A stretch of DNA of 64,000 nucleotides from Ostreococcus lucimarinus. Taxonomy: Eukaryota. Positions 36,812 to 45,533 of this stretch are shown in pieces. The notes beneath the pieces were generated by a model, which did no database searches, was not told the DNA's origin, and saw nothing but the letters and a program-made list of their open reading frames with translations. The stretch lies in assembly GCA_000092065.1 (NCBI GenBank), contig CP000582.1; one strand, written 5' to 3'. Every line of letters starts with the position of its first letter. Position 1 is the stretch's first letter. The translations under genes and the position numbers were made by a program.

Positions 36812-37070
36812 TCGTTTGAAATCCAAGTTCTCGGCAAATAAGGATGGCACTCGTGGTCTTGCCAATTCCAGGCGCTCCACTTATGAGTATTGCTTTTCGG
36901 GTCGACACTTTTGAAGCTTTTCCTGTGGCTTGATTCCCTGGCCAGTTTGAGAGCCAAGTTCGGAGAGTAGCGATGGCGCTACTATTTCCGACCAAGTCTG
37001 CGAGTACTCTCGGAGAAAATTTGTCAGTCCACAAATTTGCAGAATTTTCTATACCATAGTAGGCATGCAT
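35574..37070 (-). CDS. RFC1: replication factor C large subunit (RFC1), AAA+ module to C-terminus only; N-terminal/BRCT region absent
   Basis: LWTDKFSPR...[37 protein letters not shown]...[17 protein letters not shown]...[15 protein letters not shown]..., C-terminal ...[25 protein letters not shown]...[22 protein letters not shown]; an in-frame stop lies 21 codons upstream of the first Met and no BRCT-encoding exon fits before the GC-rich block. Confidence 0.8.
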   Translation of the reverse strand: MHAYYGIENSANLWTDKFSPRVLADLVGNSSAIATLRTWLSNWPGNQATGKASKVSTRKAILISGAPGIGKTTSAILICRELGFQTMNVNASDSRGKTGAVSDGIAGTLASTVREFVTNRNIGIDGLRSTKTALIMDEVDGMAGGDRGGISELIEVIKHTRIPIICICNDRYSQKLKTLANYCVDLPFQRPNKLQLRKYLNQIVASQRLDVDSDAVDALIEANNNDLRSSINQLQLWGMSSKHHGRNEISKKDVATSVFQAIDVLFRPSPLKTLDERLNLVFQHSDMIPLFVQENYACMRPRDSTNELQRIVHVAAASSRVAEGDVFATTINKTQNWTMMPPANIVSCVLPTSAVRGSRETFGQAERHTHRFPSLLGKLSSKSKSQRLLSELYQHFRSSGRSCSTQLEFCLWYASLTKRLLTRPLFSQARGGKELDGIPDVLNLMQTYNFTRGDWANIQEITGLSGKGPTFENPNTQIPTNVKSTFTRSCKRELQFSD

Positions 37071-37079
37071 AGAAGTCCT

Positions 37080-37260
37080 CGCCAGTTTGCTGGCGGGATA
37101 CTCCTCGAAGCCAACTCTCTTCCTGCTGCTCAGTGGCTCCTATTCAAACTTGTCAAGGCAGTGCGTTTGTGCTTACTTATTATCGTACCATGATGCGCAC
37201 AGTCTTTGTGTCTACGATTCAGTCCAGTGGCGATGCGTATAGCGTTTTCACACCGCGAAC
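37080..37260. other. compositional and architectural junction between the low-GC intron-rich compartment and the high-GC intron-poor compartment
   Basis: abrupt switch to gcgcgc-rich sequence at ~37205; gene structure, codon GC3 and intron density differ on the two sides. Confidence 0.8.
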
Positions 37261-37350
37261 TGCGCCGCTCGACGCGACGCCGCGGCGCCCCTCCGCCGCG
37301 CGTCGAGTCTAAATTTTCACGCCTCTGTACATGGGCTCAAAACGCCCACA

Positions 37351-38238
37351 ATGCGCACATTTACGACCGCGCGACACCGCCGCGCGACCCCGCGCGCGCC
37401 CGCGTCCGCGCGCGCGCGCGCGCGCCCGCGCCGTCCGCGCCGTCCGCGACGCCGATCGATGTCGACCTCGACCGCGACCGCGACGACGACGACGACGGCG
37501 ACGCCGTCGCGCGCGCGCGCGCGCGGACGCGGCGCCGTCGCGCGCGCGTCGTCGTCGTCGTCCGCGTCGTCGTCCGCGCGCGCGCGCGACGCGGACGACG
37601 CGCGGCGCGCGCGCGCGCGCGGGCGCGTGCACGTCATCTGCGGACCGATGTTCGCGGGCAAGACGACGCACCTGATGCGATGCGTCGAGCGCGAGCGCGC
37701 GCGCGGACGGACGGTGTTCGTGATCAAATCCGAGCTCGACGTCGAGCGGTTCGGCGAGGACGCGCGCGACGCGCTGATCGCGCACGACGGGAAGCGCGTG
37801 CGGTTCGACGCGAGCGACGACGGCGGAAGGGTGCGCGCGGTGCGGACGCTGGACGCGGCGGGACTGGGCGCGGACGCGGCGGCGTGCGACGCGGCGGACG
37901 TCGTCGCGGTGGACGAGGCGCAATTCATGGGAGACTTGGCGCCGTTCGCGCGACGGTGCGCGGAGGAGCTGGGACAGACGGTGTACGTGTGCGGGTTGGA
38001 CGGGGATTACAGGCGGGAGAGGTTCGGGGGGGTGTTGGATTTGATTCCGCTGTGCGACACGGTGACGCGATTGAGAGGGACGTGCGCGGAGTGCGGAGAC
38101 GAGAGTTTATTCAGTCGACGCGTCGAGGCGAGCGAGGACGTGGTGCGCGTGGGAGGGAGGGATAAGTACGCGCCCGTGTGTCGAGCGTGTTACGTCGCGG
38201 CGTCGACGCGGGAGAGAGGGTCGGCGTCGGCGCGGTGA
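37351..38238 (+). CDS. TK1: thymidine kinase (TK1 type) with a long Ala/Arg/Ser-rich N-terminal extension (true start uncertain)
   Basis: VICGPMFAGKTTHLMRCVERE (P-loop), VVAVDEAQFM, VYVCGLDGDYRRERFG, zinc-ribbon CAECGDESLFSRR...YAPVCRACY. Confidence 0.75.
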   Translation: MRTFTTARHRRATPRAPASARARARPRRPRRPRRRSMSTSTATATTTTTATPSRARARGRGAVARASSSSSASSSARARDADDARRARARGRVHVICGPMFAGKTTHLMRCVERERARGRTVFVIKSELDVERFGEDARDALIAHDGKRVRFDASDDGGRVRAVRTLDAAGLGADAAACDAADVVAVDEAQFMGDLAPFARRCAEELGQTVYVCGLDGDYRRERFGGVLDLIPLCDTVTRLRGTCAECGDESLFSRRVEASEDVVRVGGRDKYAPVCRACYVAASTRERGSASAR

Positions 38239-38338
38239 ACGGGACGCGTGTAATCGATAAATCGTACCGGTGGCTATTCACGTTTCGCTAATCGTATCGT
38301 TTCTTCGTTCGTCGCCTCGCTCGAGGCGCGCGCGCGTC

Positions 38339-41300
38339 CTAAAATTTTAATCGTTTCTTCGACGCCGGTTTCGCCGCCTTTTGCGCGGAGTTGACGGCGC
38401 GCTTTTTCGACGTCGTCACGCCCGCGGAGCGCAAGCCCGGCAGCGAGGCGTCTTCGTCGTTTTCGTCCTGGTCGTCGTCTTCGTCTTCCTCTTCGTCGTC
38501 GTCGTCGTCCACCACGACGGCTGCGCGACGTCGACGTCGGCTCGCTGGAGTCCCCGGAGTCGCCTCGGCGTCGGCGTCGGCGTCGGCCTGCGTCTTCGTC
38601 GCGCGCTTCCGGCCTCGCTTCGTCGCCGTTTCTTTGAACATGTCTTCGGCGAAATCGCTCGCGTCGCGAGTCATGAGATCGCGGAACGTGTCGACCGCGC
38701 GCCGAGCCGAGCCGTAGGATTGTCCAGCGGTTGCGTCGACAATACCGGTCTCAAATTTCACGGTATCGTCGAATTTCACGACTTCTGCGTTTCTCGTCGC
38801 CTCCGTGGGGACGTACGACGCCACGCGAGCGTCGGACAACTCGTACGCCTTCTTGACGTGAGATTTGAGCAACAAAACGACGCTCAGCGCACACGCGAGT
38901 TCGACGTCGCTCTTGAATTCGTTATCTGGCACCGCATCGTCCGCCTTGGCCGCCGACGCTTCCACGCCCTTCGTGAGCTGTTCGAGCAACAAGCCGCCCT
39001 TGAGCGATATGACGCGATTGAGCTGAAAGACGACGTAGAGAGTCTCATCCACTGATGTGAACGGAAGCTCGGTGACGACGCTCGCTAGGAATCGCAAGAA
39101 TAGCGCATCGGACGATCCGCTCGTGGTTTCAAACCGACGCAAAAGAGTGTTCAAGAACGCGTTTCGGGACGTTCTAGACGAGTTCACCAAGCTGTAGACA
39201 AACGCGAAACCGTCCGAGGCGTCGGCGATTTTCTTTTGCCCGCTTTCGCTTCTTCTAGCCGCCGTTTCCAGACGCTTCTTGAAAGAGTACGCAAGCTCGA
39301 CGCCGTGAGTGAGCTGATGCTCAAAAAAGTCACCGTGTCGTTGAACTTGCGCCTTCAGGAGCTTACGCGCGAGACGCTTAACGCTCGGCACTGGGTCGAT
39401 TTGTAGCGCGATGAGCGTGGGGAACGCGCTTGCCGGGTGAACCAAGCCTTGACGAAGGACCACCTCGACTAAATGCAAGCCTTTCAACCGCACGCTGTAC
39501 GCGGAGTCGACGCAAAGCGCTAAAACATCTGTCCAATATCGTTGCGCGATACCGCCGGCGATAGAACGATCACTCTGGCCGTTGACGACTTGCAATTTTT
39601 CCGCGTCTCGCGAGCGCTTTTGCGCCGACTTGAGCACCGAAGCCTTAGTGGAAGCGTTGACTTCATTGGCCGCCGCCGATCCACTCGTCGCAGTCATACG
39701 AAATTCTTCCTCTCGAATGAGCTCGCTGAGATTCGTCAGCGCCTGCTCCTTCAAGCCACGCTCGGCGCTGGATGCCAACGCGGCTCGCATGATGGAATCA
39801 AAGCTTCCTTTGCCGAAACCGCCGTCGCGATTAAACATGAGTTCTGGTCGAGCGACGAACAAGTCTCCGCACGCCCCGAGCGCTCCACGAGTGAGATCGT
39901 ACTCTTCTGCAGGCTGAGACTCCAGGGTCTTGCGGAAGACTCGAAGAAGATCCTGAATCGAGATATCGCATTCACCATTTTCGACGGCCGCGTCCACGAC
40001 GTCGGCTCCAAATCGCGCAATATTACCCAATACGTACAGCGAACGCGCGCAGTGCGATTTGTTCTGAACGCTCAACGCTTCATCACTAGATATGGATTCG
40101 ATGACGATGGCAACGAATCGTTTCAGCATAGACATCGTTCCACTATCCTTACCGCCGCGAGTCTCCGCCACGGCGCACAACGTCTTACACGCGTAATAAA
40201 TGACAGCTTTGTCGTGATGGCGGAGTAAGAGGATGCGCAAGTCTCGTTCGATCTCTTTCGCAATCGGCGCTGGAAGACGACCAGCGTGTTTCGCAACAAT
40301 ATGCACGACGGACATGCAGCACTGGAGCTTCTCACCGACGAAAGGCGCGTCGTCGTCGACCCGCTTCAGATACGGCTGGAGCGCCACGGCGAAATACGAT
40401 GGGTCGCGTTTCGGAAGGCAGAGACACGGATCGACGACGGTCAGAATGTGGAGACCGAGTGCGTACTTGACGCTCATCGGCACCGACTTCGACGTGCCCG
40501 GCTCGTCTTTCACGACCACGCCATTGTGTGCTCCGTTCGATTTGACTCGTTCACCGTTTGGCGCGCGACTTTGCTCGTCGGATTCGCTCTCGATGAGCGC
40601 GTGCAACACCTGCACCGATAAACGCTTCGCTACCTTTCGCATACCGCGAACATTGACCCATGCATCAACCTTCTCGTCTTCGCTCGGATACAGCACCGCG
40701 CTGATGATCGCAACGACCGGAAACGTGGGAAGTAAAGGAAGCTTTTGTTTGCCGCTTCGGGAAACGAGTCGGTAGACGCCCCAAGCGACGGAGACCATTT
40801 GCCGCGCGCGAATCGCGATTGGATCATTATCCTCGATACCATCATGCCCAACGGTGGCTAAGTGCGCCGTAGATGCGTCTTCGTCATCACTGCCATTGTT
40901 TCCGTCCCCATCATCTTCGTCGTCATCGTGTTCATCGTCGGCTTCGTCTTCCAATGCAACCGGTGAAAACCAAAGCTCGCGAAAAATCTTCACAACGTGC
41001 GAACGGATCGTTTCTTCTTCATCCAGTATGCGAAACGCCAACACTTGCATCGCCTTATCCGCTTTAGTAAAGTCAGGATTACGCAGGCATTCTTGCAGGG
41101 TGGAAACCACGCGCTTGCGCACAGATACACCGACGTCGGATACGCGGTCTTCAATCAAGTCGTAGTACTTTTCGGCAAGACTGACGTTTCGCACCATCTG
41201 TCTGCCGATGACATCCACCACGGCGGCTCGCACGGACGATCCCGTATCTTTCAATCGGATTTTCAGCGCGCGAACGATATCCGGAGACTCTAACAGTTTC

Positions 41301-43762
41301 GGGTCTTCGTTCACGATACCACCGATTGCTCTTGTCGCTGATGTGCGCACCAAGACGCTCGCGTCATCGAGCATAGCCGTCACGCGCTGCACGAGCACGT
41401 CGAGCTGTCTTGCCAACGGTCGTCGAGCGTTGAGTTGAAGACACAAAGACTTGGCGAGCTCGCGCGGAAGTCCAGCCAGCGAGCCATTTGTAGCCTTTTT
41501 CGCAGTGTCCGCGACTCGCACCATGCTAGCGTGCAGAGCTGCGTACATCGCCCGCGAACCGCCAGCGACGACTTCTTGACGAAAACCGACGCCCGCGCGC
41601 TCAGCGTCCCGCGCAAACTGACACAAATGGTACGATACTGCGGAAGTGTTGAGCGTCACACGCGAATGAGACGCCGTATCGTCCGACATCCTCGCGCCTT
41701 CACGCGGTGCTGCGCCATTTTCGTCGTCTTCATCCGCGTCGTCGTCGCGAGTAAACGTCGTTGAAGACGGGCCTCGATTGTTCTCTGCCAAATAGCGCGC
41801 GATAATCGATTCCATCGCAAAAATATCCGCACTCGCCTCGTCGGCCTGCACCAACGCACTTTCCGTTTGCGCGTCGACTCGAGTTCGAACGCGCGCTGCG
41901 TCTTGATGAGCAAACATGACCGCTTTTTCGTGCAGCGTCTCGGCGTTTGACGTAAATTCTAAATCCTCCGCGCGTGGCAACTCGCGCCAGAACGCATCCT
42001 CCTCTACTGCTTTCGAGTCAGCGCGAAGTTTTGATGCGATTTGACCAAGGAAATCGAGCGCAATCTCGCGAATCTTGGAGTCTTTGCACTGCAGACCGGC
42101 AGACCCGAGCAGGTTCCCGGCGAGATTGAGCACAAGCAAGTTTGCCACGGGCCATTCGGGAAGGTTTCTGCATGTGAGCGCGTCCACGAGAGCGTTGTGG
42201 ATCACCGCGCGTATCTGACGCTCGTGTTCCGCCGCTTTCACCTTCGGCCACCTCGTCAGCAAATCTTTCCAAAAGTAGTTCGTCCAGTAAAACGCCGATC
42301 CAAACGCACGCGCGTGCACGTCTGTCGTCATTTCACCTTCTTTATCCGCCTTGGGCATTGTCGCTTCGTCGTCGGAAAATTCCACCGTGGCTTGGAAACA
42401 CTGCATCAACAGAGCGAGCAAGACTTGGATTTGCACTGAGTCTTCGCCTGGGACGTTAAAACATCGCACGCTACGCCCCTCAGTCGGAAGTTTCATGAGA
42501 GACGACAGAATATTGTCCACGACGAAGCCTCTGTGCTCAGAGTATTGCGTAAAAATGCTCGACACGAGTTCGACGGACTTGAGTTGCACAAAGCTCACGT
42601 CCTCAATTTCGAACGCCGAGAACGCCAAAGACGTCAGCTGCAGTACCGTCGCATCTGGAAGTGCGAGGAGGGAAATCAAATTGGCCAAGTGCGTGAAAAT
42701 GACGCCTATTTTCGCCCCCAACATTTTTGCTACCTTGTATCCCCCGCTGCCTGATTTCTTCGACGATGAGGGCGGCGGCGGCGCCGAGACGCCCTTACTC
42801 TTGCTGGCCGGTGTCTTCTTTTTCCCATCTTGCTCGACGTCATCTCCGTCTTCGTCACTGCCGCGATGAACGTTCCACATGCCGGCATCGTAAAAGACGA
42901 AGACATTCCGCACCAAGTGTTGCCTCGCGCACTCGATCATCTCGTCGATGCCTTCCTCGCGATAAATCTCCTTCGGCATGTCCGTCGCCGCCAATATGAC
43001 AAAGTACGCCCCGATAGCTTCCAACGATTTCAACACACGCTGTGCGTCGGCACCTCTGTACTGCGCGTTCGCGGCGATCAACGTTTCGTTCGCGCTCTTT
43101 GCGACTCGCTCCAACATTGACAGCGTCTTGACTAAATCTCGTTTCCCGACGCCCTTCAACAACCCGCGTTCTCGCAACAATTCACATCTCGAGCTAAAGT
43201 CGCGAAGTTCGCTCAGCATCACGGCGCCAGATGCGTCGTCCATGTCGTCGCCAGCGCTCGCGTCTTCATCATCCAATTCAATCCTGTCGCACAAATCTTC
43301 CGCCGCGCGCACAAAGTCTGCCACCAGCGCCTCGCCGTCTATCGACGTCACCAACTCCGTCGTCGTCATGACACTCTGCGGCGCCGCGATCGCACGCGCG
43401 ACTTCTTTACCCCTCGATCGCCCGACGTCATCCTCTCCATCCTCCATCGCGTCCGCGCTACCCTGAATCATCCCCGTCGACGCGTTCGTCGCCGCCGCGG
43501 GCAGCGTCGCGTTCGCTCGAACCGTCACGCACGCCTCGTCTCCCATCGCCTCCACGATCTTCGCCGTCATCGGGCAGTGCACCGCGTCTGTTTTCGCATA
43601 TTTTCGTTTCGCTCGCATCAGCGTCGTCGACCTATCGCATCGTCGTTTCGCGCGTCGTCCGTCCGTCAGTCGCTCGCTCGCTCGCTCGCTCGCTCGCCTC
43701 GCCTCGCCAATCGCATCCGTCCCCCTTCCGTCATCGCGCGCGCCTCGCTTCGCTCGACGCAC
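38339..43762 (-). CDS. SCC2: sister-chromatid cohesion protein 2 / Nipped-B-like cohesin loader, intronless ~1750-1800 aa (true start probably an internal Met at ~43570-43620)
   Basis: HEAT-repeat block SVRTSATRAIGGIVNEDPKLLESPDIVRALKIRLKDTGSSVRAAVVDVIGRQMV...VGVSVRKRVVSTLQECL...VKIFRELWF characteristic of SCC2/NIPBL; acidic and basic C-terminal tail; contains (GGCGTC)n and (GTC)n coding repeats. Confidence 0.65.
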   Translation of the reverse strand: MRRAKRGARDDGRGTDAIGEARRASERASERLTDGRRAKRRCDRSTTLMRAKRKYAKTDAVHCPMTAKIVEAMGDEACVTVRANATLPAAATNASTGMIQGSADAMEDGEDDVGRSRGKEVARAIAAPQSVMTTTELVTSIDGEALVADFVRAAEDLCDRIELDDEDASAGDDMDDASGAVMLSELRDFSSRCELLRERGLLKGVGKRDLVKTLSMLERVAKSANETLIAANAQYRGADAQRVLKSLEAIGAYFVILAATDMPKEIYREEGIDEMIECARQHLVRNVFVFYDAGMWNVHRGSDEDGDDVEQDGKKKTPASKSKGVSAPPPPSSSKKSGSGGYKVAKMLGAKIGVIFTHLANLISLLALPDATVLQLTSLAFSAFEIEDVSFVQLKSVELVSSIFTQYSEHRGFVVDNILSSLMKLPTEGRSVRCFNVPGEDSVQIQVLLALLMQCFQATVEFSDDEATMPKADKEGEMTTDVHARAFGSAFYWTNYFWKDLLTRWPKVKAAEHERQIRAVIHNALVDALTCRNLPEWPVANLLVLNLAGNLLGSAGLQCKDSKIREIALDFLGQIASKLRADSKAVEEDAFWRELPRAEDLEFTSNAETLHEKAVMFAHQDAARVRTRVDAQTESALVQADEASADIFAMESIIARYLAENNRGPSSTTFTRDDDADEDDENGAAPREGARMSDDTASHSRVTLNTSAVSYHLCQFARDAERAGVGFRQEVVAGGSRAMYAALHASMVRVADTAKKATNGSLAGLPRELAKSLCLQLNARRPLARQLDVLVQRVTAMLDDASVLVRTSATRAIGGIVNEDPKLLESPDIVRALKIRLKDTGSSVRAAVVDVIGRQMVRNVSLAEKYYDLIEDRVSDVGVSVRKRVVSTLQECLRNPDFTKADKAMQVLAFRILDEEETIRSHVVKIFRELWFSPVALEDEADDEHDDDEDDGDGNNGSDDEDASTAHLATVGHDGIEDNDPIAIRARQMVSVAWGVYRLVSRSGKQKLPLLPTFPVVAIISAVLYPSEDEKVDAWVNVRGMRKVAKRLSVQVLHALIESESDEQSRAPNGERVKSNGAHNGVVVKDEPGTSKSVPMSVKYALGLHILTVVDPCLCLPKRDPSYFAVALQPYLKRVDDDAPFVGEKLQCCMSVVHIVAKHAGRLPAPIAKEIERDLRILLLRHHDKAVIYYACKTLCAVAETRGGKDSGTMSMLKRFVAIVIESISSDEALSVQNKSHCARSLYVLGNIARFGADVVDAAVENGECDISIQDLLRVFRKTLESQPAEEYDLTRGALGACGDLFVARPELMFNRDGGFGKGSFDSIMRAALASSAERGLKEQALTNLSELIREEEFRMTATSGSAAANEVNASTKASVLKSAQKRSRDAEKLQVVNGQSDRSIAGGIAQRYWTDVLALCVDSAYSVRLKGLHLVEVVLRQGLVHPASAFPTLIALQIDPVPSVKRLARKLLKAQVQRHGDFFEHQLTHGVELAYSFKKRLETAARRSESGQKKIADASDGFAFVYSLVNSSRTSRNAFLNTLLRRFETTSGSSDALFLRFLASVVTELPFTSVDETLYVVFQLNRVISLKGGLLLEQLTKGVEASAAKADDAVPDNEFKSDVELACALSVVLLLKSHVKKAYELSDARVASYVPTEATRNAEVVKFDDTVKFETGIVDATAGQSYGSARRAVDTFRDLMTRDASDFAEDMFKETATKRGRKRATKTQADADADAEATPGTPASRRRRRAAVVVDDDDDEEEDEDDDQDENDEDASLPGLRSAGVTTSKKRAVNSAQKAAKPASKKRLKF
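38567..38594. repeat. (GGCGTC)n hexanucleotide repeat inside the SCC2 CDS (encodes DADADADA on the minus strand)
   Basis: ggcgtcggcgtcggcgtcggcgtcggcc seen directly. Confidence 0.85.
43660..43707. repeat. (TCGC)n microsatellite in the SCC2 5' region
   Basis: gtcgctcgctcgctcgctcgctcgctcgcctcgcctcgcc seen directly. Confidence 0.85.
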
Positions 43763-44104
43763 AGGTACGACACATCACACGTCTCCAGCAGCGCGCCGAT
43801 CGCTCGCGCGAGCGCCACGGAGCCCTCATCGTCGCCTTCGAGCGTCGCATCCGTCGACCATCGCTCGCCATCGCGTTCGACGTCGTCGGACGCCGCGAGC
43901 GCGACGTGCGAGGCGTCGACGCTCGGCAGCGCGCCGCAGACCGCGAGGTGATGTTCACCCGGACCGATCGCGGTGAACCGCGGGTGCGTCGCGCGCGCGG
44001 TACCCATGGCGTCGCGGTGTGACGATCGCGGGTGGTTTGAACTCGAGTTTTGGCGGGAAGCCGACGCCGACGCCGACGAGCGACGATTCGATTACACAAT
44101 TCTG

Positions 44105-45426
44105 CTAACGCTTGCGCTTCTTCTTCTTGGAAGAGGGCCAGAGAACGACGAAACCGCGACCCGGGACGTGATCGAGCGGGTGGAACGCGCCGGATTTGCG
44201 CTGGGCGGGATTCTTGCTCTTGGCGTCGTAACCGCGCACGGGGACGTAACACTTGCGAGCGAAGAGACGACGCTCGAGGTCGTCGGAGGACGCGCGCGCG
44301 GACGCGGACGCGGGCGCGGGCGCGGGCGCGGTGAAAGCGTCGTGGGTCATAACCGGAGCCAAACCCTCGAGCGCGGCGATCGGGTTGACGTCCACGGAGG
44401 TGCCGAGGAAGATTTCTTCGGGCTCGGTCGACGGCGGAAGGTCGCCGCCCCACGCGCGCACCTCGTCTTGCGTCATGAACCAACAGCACTCGATCATCAT
44501 CGATTTATCGTCGTCCTCGAAGCATCGCTGGATTTGAGCCAAGTACATGTTCTCCGTCGTGCGCTCGGGGAGGCAGTAGACGCAGTCGCCGTTTCTGAAC
44601 TCGACGCCCTCGCGACGGAAGCCTTCGTAAAACGTTCTATCGCGCCTGACGCCATCCTTCTTCCCTTCGCCGATCCAACTCACGAGCGCCAAGTGATTCC
44701 CAGCCTTTTCGTTCGCTAAATCCTTTCGTCTCTTCTTCACCACCGTCGTCGCCGCCGCCGTCTTGCCGCCCGCGCCCTCGGCGGTTGACTTCGCCTTGGC
44801 CTCCGCGCGCGCCCTCTCCTTCTCCGCCAACTCCGCCAACGGATTCGCCGTCCGCGGCGCCCGTCGCTTTTCCGGCGACGCCGCCGCTTCCCCGAACACC
44901 TTCTCCCTCGGCGCCTCGTCCGCGCCCTGCGTCTCCCGACACATCCGCAGCACCTCCCGCACGCTCGCGTGCGGCGCGCGTCGCCGCCGTTCCTTCCCCT
45001 TCCGCGCCTCCCCCCCCGTCCCCAACCACGACCTCGGCGGCCTGTACTCGCGCCCAGGGAAATCAAATATCGTCTCTCGCATCTCCTCTCGCGTCGCCGT
45101 CGCCCCCAACGCGTCCTCCGCGTCCGTCCGCTTCGTCCCGCTCGCGCTCGTCCTCGTCGTCCACCCCCCGTTCCCGTCCCTCCCCGCCGCCGCTCGCATC
45201 GCCTCGTACGCGCTCCGCTCGCGCGCGTGATCGACGTCGCCCTCCATCAGCGACTTCCGCGCGCGCTCGCACGTCATCTTCGTCAGCGCGTCCGCGACCT
45301 CGCGCGCGGTGACGCCGTCGCTGCCGCTCAGGATGCATCGCGCGGCGACGGACAGGATCGTCTCCGTCGCGCGCGGCGGCACGTCGAGCGGCGTCGGCGG
45401 CGCGCCGCGATCGTTCGCATCGCGTC
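44105..45426 (-). CDS. BAH (bromo-adjacent homology) domain chromatin protein (~440 aa; the 713-aa ORF's 5' part overlaps NudC antisense and is rejected)
   Basis: C-terminal BAH domain FYEGFRREGVEFRNGDCVYCLPERTTENMYLAQIQRCFEDDDKSMMIECCWFMTQDEVRAWGGDL...EEIFLGTSVDVNPIAALEGL...RKCYVPV; K/R-rich end KKKKRKR; start taken at MRRDANDRG. Confidence 0.5.
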
Positions 45427-45533
45427 GCATCGCGTATGGCGATCGCGCGCGCGGCGTCGCGCGGTGACGACGCGATTCAGCGACGACCGGGACGACGACC
45501 GGGACGCGGTTTGAATCCGCACACGCGCGCGCG

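Noticed and set aside
37206-38165. Long Arg/Ala-rich ORFs throughout the GC-rich half (e.g. 37206-38165, 37309-37923, 44637-45066, 48277-49040 in other frames, 52489-53676, 56452-57622, 57177-58004, 60663-61394, 62407-63129, 63193-63936)
   Set aside because: They run antisense or out of frame to recognisable genes, are composed almost entirely of R/A/G/P from CGC/GCG/GCC codons, and are the expected statistical by-product of ~70% GC DNA lacking stop codons.
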